A stretch of DNA of 64,000 nucleotides from positions 45,652 to 109,651 of the forward strand of contig CAZUIT010000004.1 of the NCBI GenBank assembly GCA_964620355.1, read 5' to 3'. Shown piece after piece: positions 48,625 through 58,555 of the stretch (its first letter is position 1; each line of letters starts with the position of its first letter). The notes beneath the pieces are model-generated. The model was given only the letters and a program-made list of their open reading frames with translations. It was not told the DNA's origin and searched no databases. This DNA is from an uncultured Burkholderiales bacterium. GTDB taxonomy: Bacteria; Bacteroidota; Bacteroidia; UBA8524. Both the position numbers and the translations under genes were made by a program.

Positions 48625-49335
48625 CTAATAATAGCTGAATTCTTTACGAATAAATGTTTTGCTCCTATTGCTTGATCGGGTTTCAATGAGCTCGCTCGCA
48701 TTTCCTAGAACATCGCGTTTCAAAATCTCCACCCAAATCGTATCTGTCTTCCCGGTAAGAACGTCCAATTCAACTCGGTAATTGCTTCCATCGATAGCAA
48801 TCATATTGAAAATTTTCTCGTCGGAAACAAGTGTAGCGTTCGCATACTGTTTAATTTCAGCAATGCGCTCCTCATAATCCTGACTATCTAGCTCAGTGAT
48901 GATTTCATAGGTCAACTGATTATCACTTGAGTATTTTCTTTCGTAGAGGTGAGTCTGATCTAAATTTTCAATGGTGCCATAGGAAGTGTCTTTCGTGAGC
49001 ATATTCACCTCTTGCCAGCCGGTTTTTCTTCCGCCTTTAATCTTATATGCATAATTCACGGCCATACTTGTTTGATTTTGACGTGAACGGTTCAGTACAA
49101 ATTGCATAAAGCTTACATGACCATCCTTATTATAATCATACAAGGTGCGGTAATTGAAGCTGGCTGAATCAAGAGGGATGCTATCGCTAAAATTGAGGTA
49201 TTTGAAGGTGATTAAACGTTTTACATCGCCAAGGTATCCATAGCGTGACAAATCATTTTTATATGCCTGCTGTGTTGTACAAGCGCACAGAATAAAGATT
49301 CCAGCCAAGAGGGAGAATGGTTTCATGACAAGCAA
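48625..49335 (-). CDS. Hypothetical lipoprotein
   Basis: Signal peptide with a lipobox-like AGIFILCAC. No domain that I recognise. Confidence 0.4.
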   Translation of the reverse strand: MLVMKPFSLLAGIFILCACTTQQAYKNDLSRYGYLGDVKRLITFKYLNFSDSIPLDSASFNYRTLYDYNKDGHVSFMQFVLNRSRQNQTSMAVNYAYKIKGGRKTGWQEVNMLTKDTSYGTIENLDQTHLYERKYSSDNQLTYEIITELDSQDYEERIAEIKQYANATLVSDEKIFNMIAIDGSNYRVELDVLTGKTDTIWVEILKRDVLGNASELIETRSSNRSKTFIRKEFSYY

Positions 49336-49378
49336 GATAAATCAAAGAATACAGATAGTGAAAAGCCTAGGGATTGAA

Positions 49379-50146
49379 TCAACCCCTATCGGCTCTTCCT
49401 GGGATTAATGAATGAATTTCATCTTCAAATTCCTGCTTTCTATGACGTGAAAGAGGGATATGGGCACCACCGACCATTTCAATTTCTGAAGTCCCACGCG
49501 TGAAACTGTTCATATGATCAAGGTTGATGATGTATTTGCGGTGAACCTTGAAGAAGCTCTTGTTTTCAATAAGGAGTCTTTCAAAGTCAACCAATGGTTT
49601 ACTGACTAAAATGGTTTCTCCGGTTCGCAGAGAAAGGTGGGTGTACATGCCATCGGCTTCTAGATAAAGGATGTCTCTAATCTCTACAAATTGAAATCCG
49701 CTGCTATTTGGCAAAGCAATCCGACTGAAAGGCCTTTCGTAATGTGCCTTTAGAACTTCCACGCGCTTACTTCGATGTGTAGAGTTTTTTTCTACTTTCT
49801 TTATAACGTCCTCCAAGGCTTCAATGGTGGCCGGTTTGAGAATATAATCTAAGGCTGATAGTTTGAGCGCCTGCATGGCAAACTCATTATAGGCGGTAAC
49901 AAAAACCAATTCGCAGGGAAGCTCTTTATCGGGATAGAAGTCGAGAATTTGCAAGCCACTATGCTGGGGCATTTCAATATCGAGGAAAAGGATATCCGGC
50001 TTTTTCTCATTCACTGCAATGACTGCATCAGGCAAATTATTTGCTTCTGCAACCACCTCAATGGGTGTTTGACATTCTTCCAAGAGATGCTTTAAAAGTC
50101 TCCTGGCTTTGTCTTCATCGTCGCATATTACCGCTCGCAGAGTCAT
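49379..50146 (-). CDS. LytTR-family two-component response regulator
   Basis: N-terminal REC domain with D-D-K residues and a C-terminal LytTR DNA-binding domain. Confidence 0.85.
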   Translation of the reverse strand: MTLRAVICDDEDKARRLLKHLLEECQTPIEVVAEANNLPDAVIAVNEKKPDILFLDIEMPQHSGLQILDFYPDKELPCELVFVTAYNEFAMQALKLSALDYILKPATIEALEDVIKKVEKNSTHRSKRVEVLKAHYERPFSRIALPNSSGFQFVEIRDILYLEADGMYTHLSLRTGETILVSKPLVDFERLLIENKSFFKVHRKYIINLDHMNSFTRGTSEIEMVGGAHIPLSRHRKQEFEDEIHSLIPGRADRG

Positions 50147-50226
50147 CCAAAAGCAAATCTAGGTTTTGTCTCGGGCATTCAGTAAAATAATGTACGACTG
50201 GTGAAATTAAACTGCTGAAAGTCTAT

Positions 50227-53133
50227 CTAATCTTCTATAAATAAACGTACTTCAGTTCCTGCGGCTGATCCATTTGGGAATTCAAGGTCTTCAATTTCTA
50301 ATCGGATTTCATATTTCCCTGAGCTATTTAACATTTCAATACGTCGATTGATTGCGCCAGTAGCAAATGAGGTATGATTTTTCGGCCGGGCATTTCTGAT
50401 TTTTGCGGCCCTAGTTCTACCTATTCCATTGTCACGAATTATTGATCTTAATGTGTCATTTTCTTCAGAAAATTCAATTTCAATACGTTTTATCCCTTGT
50501 TTGTGAAGTAGTCCATGTTTTACAGCATTTTCCACAAAGGGTTGTAGGAGCATAGTAGGTACAACAGTATTTACTGGGTCGCTCACTGAGTCGAGGTTAA
50601 TTTGGTAACTGAAATCTGCCCCAAAACGCAATTTTTCCAGTTCAAGATAAAGCCCCAACCATTCACATTCTTCGGTTAGAGGAATGGATTCTTTTTCGGA
50701 ATTTTCGAGCACCTTTCGCAATAGAACAGCAAATTTATTTAGATAGGTAGCCGCTTCCTTGGTCTCTGAGAAAATGATAAGTTCATAGATCGAGTTTAAG
50801 GAATTGAAGATAAAATGAGGATTCATCTGGGCCTTCAAGGCAGTCAATTGTGACTCAATCAGGTTGGTTTTCAATTCTGCCCTTTCTAATACGTTTTCCT
50901 GCTGTTTCCTGACCTGCCTTAGGTAAATGGTGAATAGGAGAAGCATTACCCCAAAGGTGAGCACTACAAGTGCCACATAAAACCAACTTCTTTGCCAGTA
51001 AGGCGGGAATACAACCAGCGGTATATAGATGGAATTGGAGTATTGTCCTTTTGCATCCATTGCACGGATATGAATTCCCTTGGATCCTTTTGCTAGATTA
51101 GTCAGCACAAGATCGTGTTGCCCTTCCTGAAGCTTGTTCCAATTCCTGTCATCATAGGAGTATGAAATAATATACTTTCCCTGAGAATAATAACTCAAAA
51201 CTGAAAAGGCGAGTGTCAATTCATCTGTTGAAATGATATGCTCTTGACTCGCCGCTGGCTTTGCTCCATTTATTTCAAGTTTGAGCAGGTGAAGTAAGGG
51301 GGCATTCGCATTTTGTTCAAGGTTTGCTGGTAGGCATTGTAAACCATTTCCTGTTGCAAGCCATAGATGATTTTTCAAAAAATGAAGATCGTAAATCACA
51401 TTTGCACTGAGTCCGTCGCGGGTGCTGAACCAGGTTTCCTTCTGCTTGGCGACATCAATTTTCACCAGTCCTTTGCTGCTAGCTAACCATAAGTTCCCAT
51501 CGTGCCATTTCATCCGATAGATTAGAAATCCTTCTGGGAATTTGGGATGAAATAAGGTCGTTTTATTGTCTTTAACTAGATAGATTTCGCCGGAGGTAAG
51601 TGTGCAGTACAATTGGTCTTCCTCTGCCACCCAGAGAATGTCTTGAATGCCCTGCCCCTTGAATAAATGCCGCAAAACCGTGCTGTCTTTTACTTCATAT
51701 AAGCCATTTGAAGCTGCCACCCAGACATGATCTGCTTCTTTTGCACGGCTGATTCTTCGGCACCAAGGCGTAATAATAGGATTGATCTCTTTGAAATCAT
51801 GGAATGAACGGCTGTAATATAGACCGGAAGAAGAGGCGATATACAGGGTATTGCCATTGATATATAAATCTTTTGTTGAGGGAAAACTATAATTGAGTCG
51901 CTTGAGCTTATTGCCCTTTACCTCGAATATGTCATTGTTAAAGGCAGTAAAGACTTTTCCTGACTTTGTGCGGACTAAGGCGCTGATGTCAGACTCCATG
52001 GGGCCTTGGATTTCGATCATCTCTTTGGAGCCTTCTTTAATCCATCCAATTCCACCGCTGAGCCGAGAATAGTAAATCCCTCCATTTCCATCATTGGTCA
52101 GATAAGTAAATTTATAAGTGCTTCCCCCCATACGATTACTTGGGAAAGAGCGGATTTCTAATGATGGACAATACAATAATCCATAACCTAGCGTGCTAAA
52201 CCACAAGCTCCCTTCTGGATCAAATACCATGTCGGTAATGGGTAAGCCATCGAAGAGGGATTCCGTTTTTTTACTAGCGAGATGATGACGGACGAGTCCG
52301 CCATAAGACATAAAATAGAGGTAGCCATCGAACAATTTGATATTCGTGAATTTCCTTCCTTTTAGTGATTTCTTGAGTTGCTCGTCCTCATAGGGGATAA
52401 AGATATTGCCTGATTTTCGGTAAACAGATCCTTCGGTAATATGACAAATCCAGGTTTCTTCATTCCTATGGGTTAGGATATAACCTGAAAGGGTTTGGTC
52501 ATCCGTTGGCCTAAAAGCGACGGAGAACTTTCTTGTTGAATCAGCTGCTATGGAGAAGATATTTGATTCTGTGGTAAACCAAAGATTCTTATCAAAGTAG
52601 CGAAGACTTTTAGAAAAGCTAAAATCATTAGGGTCTAAATACTCAGGTCGGCGATCTGACCATCCGGCAGTTTGGGGGTTATAGCTGAAAATTCCATTAT
52701 GAGTACTCACCCAAAGTTCGTCATCATAACCGGCAGAGAGTAAAGCATAATTTCGGTTTAGTACCCATTTCGGAACTGGGATATCAATCAGGCTATCTCC
52801 TTGAATTTCATAAATATTCCCTAAAAAGTTCAATACATATAGTTTTCCACCAATGGAGGTTAGGCCGGTCAGAGGTTGACTTCCTGCCTGTTGCGATGTA
52901 ATGCTCGTGTATTCTTGGCCATCATATCGAAAAATACCAATCTCGGTTCCCATCCAGAGATAGCCTTTATCGTCGAAATGAAGGTTGTAAATTTCATTAC
53001 AAGGAAGGTTCTCTAAATCACTTATTTGTCGGAATTCTGGGGTTTGTCCTTTCGCATTGAGCAAACCAGTGCAAAGCAGTAGAGCGAATAGCCAATAGCG
53101 AACCATCTGTCGAATGTAGAAAATAATCGTCAA
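50227..53133 (-). CDS. Sensor histidine kinase with a periplasmic two-component-regulator propeller (Y_Y_Y) domain and a LytS/YehU-type kinase core
   Basis: 968 aa. Signal peptide, beta-propeller repeats, a TM segment, the NPHFIFNSLNSI His-kinase motif, and an HATPase_c domain. Confidence 0.85.
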   Translation of the reverse strand: MTIIFYIRQMVRYWLFALLLCTGLLNAKGQTPEFRQISDLENLPCNEIYNLHFDDKGYLWMGTEIGIFRYDGQEYTSITSQQAGSQPLTGLTSIGGKLYVLNFLGNIYEIQGDSLIDIPVPKWVLNRNYALLSAGYDDELWVSTHNGIFSYNPQTAGWSDRRPEYLDPNDFSFSKSLRYFDKNLWFTTESNIFSIAADSTRKFSVAFRPTDDQTLSGYILTHRNEETWICHITEGSVYRKSGNIFIPYEDEQLKKSLKGRKFTNIKLFDGYLYFMSYGGLVRHHLASKKTESLFDGLPITDMVFDPEGSLWFSTLGYGLLYCPSLEIRSFPSNRMGGSTYKFTYLTNDGNGGIYYSRLSGGIGWIKEGSKEMIEIQGPMESDISALVRTKSGKVFTAFNNDIFEVKGNKLKRLNYSFPSTKDLYINGNTLYIASSSGLYYSRSFHDFKEINPIITPWCRRISRAKEADHVWVAASNGLYEVKDSTVLRHLFKGQGIQDILWVAEEDQLYCTLTSGEIYLVKDNKTTLFHPKFPEGFLIYRMKWHDGNLWLASSKGLVKIDVAKQKETWFSTRDGLSANVIYDLHFLKNHLWLATGNGLQCLPANLEQNANAPLLHLLKLEINGAKPAASQEHIISTDELTLAFSVLSYYSQGKYIISYSYDDRNWNKLQEGQHDLVLTNLAKGSKGIHIRAMDAKGQYSNSIYIPLVVFPPYWQRSWFYVALVVLTFGVMLLLFTIYLRQVRKQQENVLERAELKTNLIESQLTALKAQMNPHFIFNSLNSIYELIIFSETKEAATYLNKFAVLLRKVLENSEKESIPLTEECEWLGLYLELEKLRFGADFSYQINLDSVSDPVNTVVPTMLLQPFVENAVKHGLLHKQGIKRIEIEFSEENDTLRSIIRDNGIGRTRAAKIRNARPKNHTSFATGAINRRIEMLNSSGKYEIRLEIEDLEFPNGSAAGTEVRLFIED

Positions 53134-53706
53134 TCAAAGACGCTCAGCAAGCATCAAAAGTGCTGCGCCAAATGCAATGCCGCTTAAAAACAAGTTCCAA
53201 TCTCTGGGTTTGGTCTTCAAGCTTCTATCAGCAATAAAAAAGAAAAGCAACATGCCAGCAACGATGCAAAGTTGACCAAGTTCTATTCCTAAGTTAAAGG
53301 ATAGTAGAGGAAGGACAAGTGAGTCATCACGCCCTAAAAGTTGTCTGAAATAGGTCGAAAAGCCCATGCCATGGAAGAGTCCGAAGATAAGTGCAGCGGC
53401 ATATTTTAAGCGATGTGCAGTTAAGTCGGGTTTGTTTATGATGATGTTTTGAAGAGCCGTGATGGCGATGGTCAGTGCGATGATGATCTCAACAATATCT
53501 TGATCGACTTTGAGCAAATTGAGTGCGGATAGAGCCAAGGTCAATGAATGGCCTAGTGTGAAGGCAGTAACCAAAATCAAGATTCTTTTCCAGCTTTTGA
53601 TATCGTAAGCAGCACATAAAGCAATGACGAACAAAATATGATCGAGCCCTTTATAATCTAAGATATGATCGAATCCTAGTTCGAGGTAGGTGCTAAAGGC
53701 AGACAT
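53134..53706 (-). CDS. HupE/UreJ-family membrane protein (putative secondary Ni/Co transporter)
   Basis: 190 aa with six TM helices and an HxxxH-type motif, typical of HupE/UreJ. Confidence 0.65.
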   Translation of the reverse strand: MSAFSTYLELGFDHILDYKGLDHILFVIALCAAYDIKSWKRILILVTAFTLGHSLTLALSALNLLKVDQDIVEIIIALTIAITALQNIIINKPDLTAHRLKYAAALIFGLFHGMGFSTYFRQLLGRDDSLVLPLLSFNLGIELGQLCIVAGMLLFFFIADRSLKTKPRDWNLFLSGIAFGAALLMLAERL

Positions 53707-53707
53707 A

Positions 53708-54226
53708 TTAGGGAATCAATGACCAAGTGAGTTTATCTCCTACCTGTAAACCATATTTCGCAGCAAGGCCAGCATTCACTTCAAGGACATATTTGGCCGG
53801 GGCACTTGATGGAATGGATGCCTCTGAATAAGGCTTGGTGTCTCGTTGGATGGTCACAATCCGTTGGTCTTCACCTATAAAAATGATATCGAGTGGGATG
53901 ATGGTATTTCTCATCCAAAAAGAGCGCATATCAACATCTGGAAAGATGAAGAGCATTCCTCGGTTTTCGTCCATTTGTTTACGAAACATCAATCCACGTG
54001 TGATACCGTATTCGTCATCAACAATCTCAATCTCCAACGATTTCAGGGTGTCTTGTGCACGCGTTACAACCATGTTCGCTTCATGGGTGAAGGGAGGGTC
54101 GGGCTGAACATATTCGGGCGTCTTCGTCTTTGGTTTATGAGGTGTTCTGAAAGTGCTATACATATAAAAAGCACCAAACATCAAGAGTACGAGCAAGAGA
54201 GAATAGGATATCCACTTATTTTTCAT
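53708..54226 (-). CDS. DUF192-domain secreted protein
   Basis: RGLMFRKQMDENRGMLFIFPDVDMRSFWMRNTIIPLDIIFI matches DUF192. Signal anchor present. Confidence 0.7.
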   Translation of the reverse strand: MKNKWISYSLLLVLLMFGAFYMYSTFRTPHKPKTKTPEYVQPDPPFTHEANMVVTRAQDTLKSLEIEIVDDEYGITRGLMFRKQMDENRGMLFIFPDVDMRSFWMRNTIIPLDIIFIGEDQRIVTIQRDTKPYSEASIPSSAPAKYVLEVNAGLAAKYGLQVGDKLTWSLIP

Positions 54227-54262
54227 GCGGAGGCAAATTAATAGATTCTTGGTAATCGATGC

Positions 54263-54502
54263 TTAGCTTTTTTGCTTTTTCGACCCATTTTTTGGTACCG
54301 GATCATAGCCATGTGAGCCCCAAGGGTGACAATGCGATAAGCGTTTCAATCCCATTCCTAGTCCTTTTATCGGTCCCCATTCTTCAATCGCCTCAGCTGT
54401 ATATTCCGAGCAAGTGGGTGTATGCCGACAATTCTGGCCAAGCAAGGGGCTGATAAGGTATTGATACAGCCGAATGGGGAGTTTAAATAGAAACTTCAGC
54501 AT
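54263..54502 (-). CDS. yidD: Membrane protein insertion efficiency factor YidD
   Basis: [39 protein letters not shown] is the canonical YidD sequence. The track's N-terminal extension into fumC was discarded. Confidence 0.85.
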   Translation of the reverse strand: MLKFLFKLPIRLYQYLISPLLGQNCRHTPTCSEYTAEAIEEWGPIKGLGMGLKRLSHCHPWGSHGYDPVPKNGSKKQKS

Positions 54503-54570
54503 GAAGGGGTTCTGGGTTCCGGGTGATAGGCTATGGGCTCTAACCCGTAACCTATAACCTAAAAACCATT

Positions 54571-55968
54571 TTATTTCAAGGTTCCAACCATGTCTTCCGG
54601 ACGTACCCACTCATCGAATTGCTCGGCGGTGAGAAGTCCTAAGTCAACTGCTGCTTCCTTGAGGGTCTTATTTTCTTTGTGTGCAGTTTTTGCGATTTTA
54701 GCCGCATTCTCGTAGCCGATATGCGTGTTCAATGCTGTTACCAACATCAATGAATTATTCAAGTGTTGTTTAATGACAGGCAAATTCGCTGTGATGCCAA
54801 TGGCACATTTTTCTGTGAAGGATACGCAGGCATCGCCAATTAAACGGGCGGATTGCAATACGTTAGAAGCGATCACCGGCTTGAATACGTTCAATTCAAA
54901 CTGTCCGGTAGCTCCACCCATTGTAACAGCCACATCATTACCCATTACTTGGGCAGCTACCATGGTCATGGCTTCTGGCTGAGTTGGGTTGACTTTTCCA
55001 GGCATGATGGATGAACCTGGTTCGTTATCTGGAATTACAATTTCTCCAATTCCACAACGCGGACCACTGCTGAGCATCCGGATATCATTCGCGATTTTCA
55101 TCAAGGATACAGCGGCTCTTTTAAATGCGCCAGATAGCTCAACCATGGCGTCATGGGCCGCCAAGGCTTCGAATTTGTTTGGTGCAGTTACGAAAGGCAT
55201 GCCCGTAAATTCTGCGATTTTGCTGGCAACCAATACGTCGTAACCTGCTGGAGTATTCAATCCAGTACCCACAGCCGTTCCGCCTAAAGCAAGTTCTTTG
55301 ACCATTTCGAGTGCATTATTGATTGCACGTATGCCATTATCAAGCTGTTGCACGTATCCTGAGAATTCTTGTCCTAAGGTTAATGGAGTCGCATCCATAA
55401 AATGGGTACGGCCAGTTTTGGTAATATTCGCAAATTCTTTCGCCTTATTATTTAAGGTGTCGCGCAGAAGTTGGATCCCTGGCAATGTTACTTGCACTGT
55501 TTGCATATAGGCGGCAATATGCATGGCTGTTGGGAAGGTATCGTTTGATGACTGCGATTTATTTACGTCATCATTCGGGTGAAGTACTTTCTGCTCGTCG
55601 TTTAATGTTCCGCCATTCATCACATGAGCACGGTAGGCAACGACTTCGTTCACATTCATGTTGCTTTGTGTTCCAGAACCGGTTTGCCAAATGACTAGTG
55701 GGAATTCTCCATCTAATGATCCGGTCAATATTTCTTCGCAGGCCGCTGATATGAGGTCGCGTTTTTCGGCATTTAATACCCCGAGATCATGGTTTGCATG
55801 TGCTGCCGCCTTCTTTAGGTAGGCAAAGGCATGGATGATTTCTTTAGGCATTGAAGCCTCTGGTCCGATTTTAAAGTTGTTACGAGAGCGTTCGGTTTGT
55901 GCTCCCCAATAACGGTTGGCAGGCACTTTTACCTCGCCCATGGTATCGCGTTCTATTCTGAATTCCAT
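54571..55968 (-). CDS. fumC: Class II fumarate hydratase
   Basis: [16 protein letters not shown], the fumarase/aspartase signature, plus an N-terminus like FumC. ATG at 55968 is preferred. Confidence 0.95.
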   Translation of the reverse strand: MEFRIERDTMGEVKVPANRYWGAQTERSRNNFKIGPEASMPKEIIHAFAYLKKAAAHANHDLGVLNAEKRDLISAACEEILTGSLDGEFPLVIWQTGSGTQSNMNVNEVVAYRAHVMNGGTLNDEQKVLHPNDDVNKSQSSNDTFPTAMHIAAYMQTVQVTLPGIQLLRDTLNNKAKEFANITKTGRTHFMDATPLTLGQEFSGYVQQLDNGIRAINNALEMVKELALGGTAVGTGLNTPAGYDVLVASKIAEFTGMPFVTAPNKFEALAAHDAMVELSGAFKRAAVSLMKIANDIRMLSSGPRCGIGEIVIPDNEPGSSIMPGKVNPTQPEAMTMVAAQVMGNDVAVTMGGATGQFELNVFKPVIASNVLQSARLIGDACVSFTEKCAIGITANLPVIKQHLNNSLMLVTALNTHIGYENAAKIAKTAHKENKTLKEAAVDLGLLTAEQFDEWVRPEDMVGTLK

Positions 55969-56088
55969 TGCGTGTTGTATGATGGTTTTTGGTGCCGCGA
56001 AGATAGCCAAAAGAGCCGCGACTAAAAAGGGAGGAGAGAAGCTTTTCTATATGGAAAATCTAGCTAGGCTTTCTCTTTCGAAGGTGTG

Positions 56089-56979
56089 CTATTCTCCAAT
56101 TTTGAAGCTGGTCATGGTAAAGCTGCCAGCGATTGCATCGTCATTAAAGAAGCTCAGCTCTTCCTGGTCATCCCGCATGGCCATGGCATAGAGCATGGGT
56201 AAATAATGTTCATTCGTAGGAATTGCTTTTCGTACCGACTCACCTAATTGGCCATAATTCGACAAGGCCTGATAATCATTTTCTAGAATTTTCTTCTTAA
56301 AGATTTCATTTGCCTCCCAGGCCCAATCATGACCAAATGAGGCATTAAAGTCTTCGCCATCCATCTGCGCATATCGGAAACTATGCACCATATTTCCGCT
56401 GCCAATCACAAGCACTCCCTTTTCTCGAAGTGTGGTCAACTCACGTGCGAGTTCATAATGTTCGATGGGTTTTTTATTGACATCCAAGCTCAACTGAATC
56501 ATCGGAATATTTGCCTCTGGATACAGGTTGATCGCCACACTCCAAGCACCATGGTCAAAACCCCATTGGTCGTTGAGGTCAACATGGTGAAGTTGTGCTT
56601 CTTTCCTAGTTTCTTCAGCGAGCCAACTGCTTCCAGCCGCAGGATATTCTACTTCAAATAGTTGACGTGGGAATCCGCCGAAATCATGAATGGTTGGTGG
56701 AAGTTGCTGCTGGGTCACAAAAGAGCCCTGCGTTTCCCAATGTGCGGAAATCATCAAAATGGCCTTGGGGGTCGGTAATGATTTCCCAATCTCTTTCATT
56801 TCACGCGTAAAGCGGTTGTCTTCAATTGCATTCATGGGCGAACCATGCCCAATAAATAAGGCTGGCATTTTTTCACTTGGTTCAAATGAATCAGTCAAAT
56901 TATCAAGTGCATTGAGTTTCATAGCAGCAGGAATTAACGGACTTAAAGCCAGATAACGGAGGAACTTTTTTCTTTCCAT
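56089..56979 (-). CDS. Class III extradiol dioxygenase family protein (LigB/YgiD, 4,5-DOPA-dioxygenase-like)
   Basis: FIGHGSPMNAIEDN...ILMISAHWET is the LigB-family signature. The N-terminus ERKKFLRYLALSPLIPAA resembles a Tat/Sec signal. Confidence 0.65.
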   Translation of the reverse strand: MERKKFLRYLALSPLIPAAMKLNALDNLTDSFEPSEKMPALFIGHGSPMNAIEDNRFTREMKEIGKSLPTPKAILMISAHWETQGSFVTQQQLPPTIHDFGGFPRQLFEVEYPAAGSSWLAEETRKEAQLHHVDLNDQWGFDHGAWSVAINLYPEANIPMIQLSLDVNKKPIEHYELARELTTLREKGVLVIGSGNMVHSFRYAQMDGEDFNASFGHDWAWEANEIFKKKILENDYQALSNYGQLGESVRKAIPTNEHYLPMLYAMAMRDDQEELSFFNDDAIAGSFTMTSFKIGE

Positions 56980-57085
56980 TCGTCATATTTCTATATAGAT
57001 GTATAGACAACTATCGGGCCGATTTGTAGGGATTCATATTAAGGTACAATGGGTGAAGTTGCAATGGAGAAAAGCGCAGGGCGCC

Positions 57086-57116
57086 GGGCTCAGAGCTCAG
57101 GGCTCAGGGCTGTCGA
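57086..57116. repeat. GC-rich tandem heptamer/octamer repeat (GGGCTCAG AGCTCAG GGCTCAG GGCT) ending in GTCGAC
   Basis: Read directly. It sits between the dioxygenase gene and msrB. Confidence 0.5.
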
Positions 57117-57156
57117 CACCGCCTGTTGGGGTACGGAGTACGTAAACTACCTAGGC

Positions 57157-57639
57157 TTATTTCTTCCTAAACCCTAGGGAAAGCGAATTGACACAGTAGC
57201 GTAATCCTTCTTCTTCTGGTCCATCATTGAAAACATGGCCAAGATGACCGCCACAGCGTGCGCATTGAATTTCTATGCGGGTCATTCCGTGACTGGTATC
57301 GCGCACTTCTTTGATATTCTTTTTATCGATGCCTTGATAGAAGCTTGGCCAGCCGCAGCCTGCATCGAATTTGGTGGAGGAGCGAAAAAGTTCTAGCCCA
57401 CATGCCTTGCAAACATAAATGCCGGTATCCCAAAGTTGATCGTACTCTCCGGTATAGGGTGATTCTGTCGCTTTTTCCCGTAGCACGGCATATTCATCTG
57501 GTGTAAGCTCTGTTTTCCATGCAGAATCAGTTTTGGTGATTTTTTCGCCTTCAAAAGCGGGATTTCGACTGGGCTGTACACTGTTACTGCAGGAGCTTAT
57601 GCCACTAATAATGAATAAGAAAAAGAGTATTTTTTTCAT
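57157..57639 (-). CDS. msrB: Peptide-methionine (R)-S-oxide reductase MsrB with a lipoprotein signal peptide
   Basis: CxxC...CxxC and the GCGWPSF...RYCVNS SelR signature. The N-terminus MKKILFFLFIISGISSCS is a lipoprotein signal. Confidence 0.85.
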   Translation of the reverse strand: MKKILFFLFIISGISSCSNSVQPSRNPAFEGEKITKTDSAWKTELTPDEYAVLREKATESPYTGEYDQLWDTGIYVCKACGLELFRSSTKFDAGCGWPSFYQGIDKKNIKEVRDTSHGMTRIEIQCARCGGHLGHVFNDGPEEEGLRYCVNSLSLGFRKK

Positions 57640-57660
57640 GATGGGGCAATTTGAAAGGCA

Positions 57661-57687
57661 AAAAAAAGGCCCGGGGAGACCCAGGCC
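57661..57687 (-). terminator. Rho-independent terminator after the fasciclin gene
   Basis: Minus-strand GGCC-U-GGG-UCUC-CCG-GGCC followed by U7-8. Confidence 0.5.
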
Positions 57688-57706
57688 TAGGATGATAAGG
57701 TAATAA

Positions 57707-58255
57707 TTAAGGGAGAAGAACCGTATCAATAACATGGATTACTCCGTTTTTTTGACGGACATCGTAAGTCGTGATATTAGCCGTATTGCCATTTTTATCT
57801 GTCACAGTGATGTTTCTTGGACCATTCATTTTGAAGGTCAACTCTTCACCGGCTACCGTTTTTAAACTCGCCTGACCTTTTCCTTTTTTGATGGCCTTTT
57901 CAAGCGTTGTAAAGTCATAATTTCCGGCCACCACGTGGTAAGTCAATACCTTGGTTAGTTTTGCTTTGTTTTCAGGTTTAAGAAGTTCTCCGACCGTTCC
58001 TTCTGGAAGATTCTCAAAAGCATCATTAACAGGTGCAAAGACCGTAAATGGACCAGCTGTTTGAAGGGTTTCCACCAAATCGGCAGCCTTCACCGCCGCA
58101 ACAAGGGTTGTGTGGTCTTTTGAGTTTACTGCATTTTCTACGATGTTTTTAGCTGGATACATGTTTTCGCCTCCAACAACTGTTGTTTGAGCGAACACCG
58201 TGCTGCCTGTAAAAAGTAAAGCGGCGACAAATAAGGATTGAGATAATTTTTTCAT
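57707..58255 (-). CDS. Fasciclin (FAS1)-domain secreted protein
   Basis: Signal peptide, then TVFAPVNDAFENLPEGTV...VLTYHVV, the FAS1 H1/H2 motifs. Confidence 0.8.
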   Translation of the reverse strand: MKKLSQSLFVAALLFTGSTVFAQTTVVGGENMYPAKNIVENAVNSKDHTTLVAAVKAADLVETLQTAGPFTVFAPVNDAFENLPEGTVGELLKPENKAKLTKVLTYHVVAGNYDFTTLEKAIKKGKGQASLKTVAGEELTFKMNGPRNITVTDKNGNTANITTYDVRQKNGVIHVIDTVLLP

Positions 58256-58411
58256 GGTATGTTTAATTAGCGTTGTTTGATGTCATATACGCAGCTTTAT
58301 AAGTCCTTGGATTTCCAGATTAAAAAAAAACTTTTTAAACCCATCCCTTCGACAGGCCTGGCAAGTGCAGCATTACAACAATTTTAATCACAGGCCGCTC
58401 AGGGACCAGAT

Positions 58412-58449
58412 CGTCTAACCATCTCATTGTCTAATTGTCAATAAGTCGA
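58412..58449. repeat. Copy B of the GTCTAA-rich motif (CGTCTAACCATCTCATTGTCTAATTGTCAATAAGTCGA)
   Basis: See copy A. It lies upstream of the gldA-like gene. Confidence 0.5.
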
Positions 58450-58555
58450 CGATTCGATTTGTCGACCAAAAGGCAACTAAAACCAAAGACAGCTCGTTTC
58501 ACTAAGAACACATTTTTCCATTAACTTCGAACCCTCAAAAAAACGGAGCATAGTC

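Noticed and set aside
54503-54570. GC-rich segment GGGGTTCTGGGTTCCGGGTGATAGGCTATGGGCTCTAACCCG between fumC and yidD, considered as an attenuator or riboswitch
   Set aside because: It has only short imperfect stems and no known riboswitch consensus. It may be another member of the GC-rich intergenic motif family, but I cannot support a specific call.
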